From the NCBI GenBank assembly GCA_046861645.1, contig JBHHUM010000016.1:1-39094 (forward strand): 39,094 nt of DNA, given 5' to 3'. The position numbers were made by a program, and so were the translations under genes. Shown piece by piece: positions 35,230 through 39,094 of this stretch; the first letter of the stretch is position 1, and each line of letters begins with the position of its first letter. This DNA is from Fidelibacterota bacterium (GTDB lineage Bacteria > Fidelibacterota > Marinisomatia > Marinisomatales > UBA2128). The notes under the pieces are model-generated. The model was not told where the DNA came from and made no database searches. It worked only from the letters and a program-made list of their open reading frames with translations.

Positions 35230-36371
35230 TACAAGACAAGCTGATCGGACAGGAGAAAATTTGGGAGCGTTTACTAGCGGCCTATGAGAGTAACCATATA
35301 GCAGGTGCTTATCTTTTTCATGGGTCTGCAGGAGTAGGGAAAGAGGGTATGGCAATTCGCTTTGCAGCGCTTCTAAATTGTACAGCTGATGGATACTATC
35401 CCTGTGGAAATTGTTCGTCGTGTGTCAAGTTTAATTCCCTTCAACACCCCAATTTGACCCTTATATATCCATTACCAAAAGATAAGGAAATAAATAAAGG
35501 TGATTCGCCGTTAAAGGCTTTGAAAGACGAAACTATTGCTGCAGTAGTGGAACAAATTAAACTAAAATCCAACGATCCCTATATTAAAGTCAGGTTGCCA
35601 CGATCCAACACCATTTTAATCAATTCCATTAGGGAAGTACGGGAAAAAATATATTTGAAAGCCATCGAAGTCGGTAGAAAAGTAGTACTTATTTTTGATG
35701 CAGATTTATTGATGACGGGAGAGGGCTCATCGGCTAATGCACTGCTGAAAATTCTGGAGGAACCCCCCCCTGATTCTACTTTTATCTTAACGACTGATTA
35801 TCCTGAACGGCTGGTGGAAACTATAAGTTCACGGTGCCAGCAAGTCTTTTTCCCCCCAGTGCCCGTTGCAGTGATCGAGGACTACCTGCGCAGTTCAACT
35901 GGTAAGCCGGCTGAAGAAGCACGATTAATTGCTCATCTTGCCCAGGGAAATGTTCGAATGGCTAAGCACTTGTTAAATGAAGATCTGTCAGAAGTTCAGG
36001 ATTTATTAGAATCTCTGGTAGTGTGGATGACTGACCGAACAGAAAAAAGCTGGAGATCATTTACCCATCATGCTGCAGAAACTTTTTGGACCAATCCCCA
36101 GGAGTTGAATTTCCATTTTCAATTATTAAGCTATTGGTTCCGGGATGCTCAGCTTATTAAGAAGATGAATGGCAATGCAGTTATTATCTTAGAAGGGATG
36201 GAGGAGCGATTGCGGAAATTTGTGGCCCAATACCCCCGGGGAGATTTTGCAAGAATTGTTCAGGTTCTTGAAACCTGTTTTGGTGCGCTGGCCCGTAACT
36301 ATAATCTGAATTTGGTAATCACAAACCTACTATTTGATATTCAGGATAGTCTGCAGGGAACAGCAAAGTAG
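35226..36371 (+). CDS. holB: DNA polymerase III delta-prime subunit
   Basis: AYLFHG..GVGK, C...PCGNCSSC, HP, ANALLKILEEPP, TISSRCQ; ATGA overlap with the upstream gene. Confidence 0.88.
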   Translation: MIQDKLIGQEKIWERLLAAYESNHIAGAYLFHGSAGVGKEGMAIRFAALLNCTADGYYPCGNCSSCVKFNSLQHPNLTLIYPLPKDKEINKGDSPLKALKDETIAAVVEQIKLKSNDPYIKVRLPRSNTILINSIREVREKIYLKAIEVGRKVVLIFDADLLMTGEGSSANALLKILEEPPPDSTFILTTDYPERLVETISSRCQQVFFPPVPVAVIEDYLRSSTGKPAEEARLIAHLAQGNVRMAKHLLNEDLSEVQDLLESLVVWMTDRTEKSWRSFTHHAAETFWTNPQELNFHFQLLSYWFRDAQLIKKMNGNAVIILEGMEERLRKFVAQYPRGDFARIVQVLETCFGALARNYNLNLVITNLLFDIQDSLQGTAK

Positions 36372-36377
36372 CGAGAT

Positions 36378-38255
36378 ATGAGCAAATTTTACATAACCAC
36401 CCCCATTTACTACGTAAACGACGAGCCTCATATCGGGCATTCCTATACGACCATACTGGCAGATGTATTGGCTCGCTACCACCGTGAGGAGGGAGACGAA
36501 GTATTCTTTCTCACTGGTACAGATGAGCACGGACAGAAAGTTTTTCAGGCAGCTACTGAGCGAGGTATTGAACCTAAAAAACATTGTGATGAAATGGTCC
36601 TTCGTTTCCGGGATCTGTGGCAGAAACTCCACATTGAATACGACTATTTCATACGGACAACCGATGATGATCATAAGGCAGTAGTCAGGGAAATCCTGCA
36701 ACGGATTTATAACAATGATGAAATCTATTTCGATGAATATACAGGTCTTTACTGTTTGGGCTGTGAACGATTTTATACAGAGAAAGAATTAGAAGGTGGA
36801 AAATGTCCCCAACATCAAAAGCCCCTCAAGGAAATAAAGGAAAAGAATTATTTCTTCCGTATGGGTAAATATCAGCAACGATTGATAGATTACATTCATG
36901 ATCATCCTGAATTCATACAACCCAAAGTGCGTAAGAATGAAGTTCTTGGTTTTTTACGTCAACCATTGGGTGACCTCTGTATTTCACGGCCGAAAACCCG
37001 CCTCTCCTGGGGAATAGAGTTACCATTTGATGCTGATTATGTTACCTATGTCTGGTTTGATGCCCTGCTAAACTATGTGAGCGCTATTGGTTCCACAGTT
37101 AACGAAAACGAGTTCAAAAGGTGGTGGCCGGCAGATTACCATCTCATTGGTAAGGATATACTCACTACTCATTGTGTTTACTGGCCGACCATGCTTTTTG
37201 CCGCCGGGATTCCACAACCCAGGACGATCTTTGCTCACGGTTGGTGGTTAAGTGAAGAGTATAAAATGTCTAAATCATTGGGGAATGTCGTGAAACCACT
37301 TGAGTTGATCGACAGGTATGGGGTAGATCCTCTACGTTACTTCCTCATGCGTGATATGGTTTTAGGTCAGGACAGTAATTTCTCCCTGGAAGGATTCGTT
37401 CGTCGCTATAATAGTGACTTGGCTAATGATCTGGGGAATCTAGTGGGAAGAATCTCTACTCTGGTGCGTCATCATTTTGCAGGTAAAGTTCCCGAGTTAG
37501 TAGGGAAAACAGAGGAAGAGTTGCGGCTTGTGGAAGCCGGAAACTCTCTAGCAGATAAAGCAATAAATCTGATACACCAGATGAGGATGAATGAAGCTGT
37601 GGAAACTGTGATGCAGTATATCCGTTCTATTAACCGTTACATGGAGAAAAAGATGCCGTGGAAACTGGTTAAATCTGACCTGAAAACCGCTGGTTCAGTT
37701 CTCTATCACGCTGCCGAATCCTTGCGGATAGCGTTGCAACTGCTCCACCCCATTATGCCACTGAGGACAGCGAAAGTATTAGGGATGATTGGTGCGAATG
37801 TAAGAGAATTAAAATCATCCTGGGGACAACTCCAACCGGGTAGTGATCTGGGACCTTTTGAAGTCCCTTTTCCCAGAATTGAATTAAATCAAGAAACAGA
37901 ATTAGCTGAGGAGGAAAATATGACTGTTGATCTGATCTCTATTGAAGATTTTACTAAAGTGGATCTAAAAACGGCTGAAATACTGGATGCTGAAAAAGTG
38001 GAAGGGACGGATAAACTATTAAAGCTTCAGATTAAAGTGGGGGAAGAAAATCGTCAGATTGTCGCAGGCATCGCTGAATATTACAGTCCGGTTGAGTTGG
38101 TGGGGAAAAAGATTATCGTAGTGGCTAACTTAAAACCAGCAGTTATCCGAGGAGTGGAATCCAAGGGGATGCTTTTAGCAGTCAGGACTTCGGATTCAGT
38201 GGTATTACTTACACCTGATGATACCGGAGTACCCAGTGGATTGAAAATCTCGTGA
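36378..38255 (+). CDS. metG: Methionine--tRNA ligase with C-terminal tRNA-binding domain
   Basis: FYITTPIYYVN, HIGH, YVWFDAL, KMSKS, C-terminal OB domain VANLKP..RGVES.GMLLA. Confidence 0.97.
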   Translation: MSKFYITTPIYYVNDEPHIGHSYTTILADVLARYHREEGDEVFFLTGTDEHGQKVFQAATERGIEPKKHCDEMVLRFRDLWQKLHIEYDYFIRTTDDDHKAVVREILQRIYNNDEIYFDEYTGLYCLGCERFYTEKELEGGKCPQHQKPLKEIKEKNYFFRMGKYQQRLIDYIHDHPEFIQPKVRKNEVLGFLRQPLGDLCISRPKTRLSWGIELPFDADYVTYVWFDALLNYVSAIGSTVNENEFKRWWPADYHLIGKDILTTHCVYWPTMLFAAGIPQPRTIFAHGWWLSEEYKMSKSLGNVVKPLELIDRYGVDPLRYFLMRDMVLGQDSNFSLEGFVRRYNSDLANDLGNLVGRISTLVRHHFAGKVPELVGKTEEELRLVEAGNSLADKAINLIHQMRMNEAVETVMQYIRSINRYMEKKMPWKLVKSDLKTAGSVLYHAAESLRIALQLLHPIMPLRTAKVLGMIGANVRELKSSWGQLQPGSDLGPFEVPFPRIELNQETELAEEENMTVDLISIEDFTKVDLKTAEILDAEKVEGTDKLLKLQIKVGEENRQIVAGIAEYYSPVELVGKKIIVVANLKPAVIRGVESKGMLLAVRTSDSVVLLTPDDTGVPSGLKIS

Positions 38256-38337
38256 TTCTTAAATACAATCGACTGTATTCTGGGAATCAAGGTGGCTCTA
38301 GCCCAATGCTCTCTAGTCGAAAATAATCTATAGTATT

Positions 38338-39094
38338 TTGTTCATCGACACACATGCTCACCTTTACTATGTTGACTTAAAAAATCAACTTGATGATGTA
38401 ATTCGCCGTGCTGCTGAAGCTGATGTGGTACAAATTATCTGTGTAGGTACTGATCTTGAATCATCAAGGGAATCCATCGCTATTGCTGAAAAGTATTCCA
38501 ATGTTTTTGCAACAGTTGGAGTTCATCCCCATGATGCTAACGATGCGTCCTCGGATTTCATCGAGGAAATCCGGGAATTAGCTAAGCACACTAAGGTAGT
38601 AGCAATCGGTGAAATGGGCCTCGACTTCTACCGGAATCTCTCACCCCCGGAAATGCAGAGAACTGTTTTTCGGCAGCAGCTCGAACTGGCTGAAGAATTG
38701 GAACTTCCGGCTGTGATTCACAATCGTGAAGCCCACGAAGCGTTATTGACAATTTTAGAAGAAATCATGCCTAGGCGTGGTGTGGTCCACTGTTTCTCCA
38801 GTGATGTGGAAACAGCGAAAGAGATACTTAATTTGGGATTGAAGATCTCCTTCACAGGGACGATAACATTCGTGAAGAACAATAGTGATTCAGTCTTGAA
38901 GTACATTAATTTGGATGATTTTATGCTTGAGACAGATTGCCCATTTCTTGCGCCGGTTCCAAATCGAGGGAAATTAAACGAGCCGGCTAATATCATGCAT
39001 ATCGCTCGGCGTGTAGCAGAGATAAAAGGTGTCTCTATTAAAGAAGTAGCCGAGAATACCTCCCGAAACGCACAAACGTTTTTCTCTCTCCCCA
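38338..39094 (+). CDS. tatD: TatD-family deoxyribonuclease (3' end at the window edge)
   Basis: Own translation from TTG 38338: FIDTHAHL, VGVHPHDA, AIGEMGLDFY, IHNREA, GVVHCFS, LETDCPFLAP..RGK.NEP. Confidence 0.92.
   Translation, partial: MFIDTHAHLYYVDLKNQLDDVIRRAAEADVVQIICVGTDLESSRESIAIAEKYSNVFATVGVHPHDANDASSDFIEEIRELAKHTKVVAIGEMGLDFYRNLSPPEMQRTVFRQQLELAEELELPAVIHNREAHEALLTILEEIMPRRGVVHCFSSDVETAKEILNLGLKISFTGTITFVKNNSDSVLKYINLDDFMLETDCPFLAPVPNRGKLNEPANIMHIARRVAEIKGVSIKEVAENTSRNAQTFFSLP

Noticed and set aside
259..38996. Numerous short antisense or overlapping ORFs in the ORF track
   Set aside because: They lie inside well-supported genes on another frame or strand and show no motifs.
1..39094. 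CRISPR arrays, tRNA/rRNA genes, prophage or selenocysteine read-through
   Set aside because: No regularly spaced repeats, cloverleafs or phage genes seen; TGA stops inspected in the nos operon show no conserved continuation.

Overview
A 39-kb bacterial chromosomal window. The gene content (lipoprotein signals, DUF4159/DUF4175 operon, a T9SS/FlgD-like C-terminal remnant, a Bacteroidota-type RAYT) suggests an FCB-group organism, possibly Marinimicrobia-like; this is inference. Housekeeping genes lie at both ends (dnaG 5' end, cvpA, yqeY; envC-like, holB, metG, tatD). The main feature is an ~11-kb accessory respiratory locus (1417-12712). It holds a Sec/lipoprotein-type NosZ-family copper enzyme with all CuZ and CuA ligands. 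Upstream are a DOMON/EbdC-type heme-b protein, a CuA-cupredoxin fused to a NosH/NapH-like Fe-S membrane protein, two stand-alone CuA cupredoxins and an SCO chaperone. Downstream are a transglutaminase-like/TlpA fusion and a NosB homologue. The locus has no nosD/F/Y/L and no c-type cytochrome. It is bracketed by three Rrf2 paralogues whose promoters share a GAY-N6-RTC operator-like motif, plus a hemerythrin-domain gene. The window also contains an ArsR-linked Cyc2-like cytochrome-porin with His-rich loops, a diheme cytochrome c, a 6S-like structured RNA candidate, an internally deleted IS1380-family element with TIRs and a 6-bp target duplication, a decayed RAYT with REP-like palindromes, and a run of pseudogenes (26.6-29.9 kb). 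Family assignments come from recognising motifs by eye; no searches were run.
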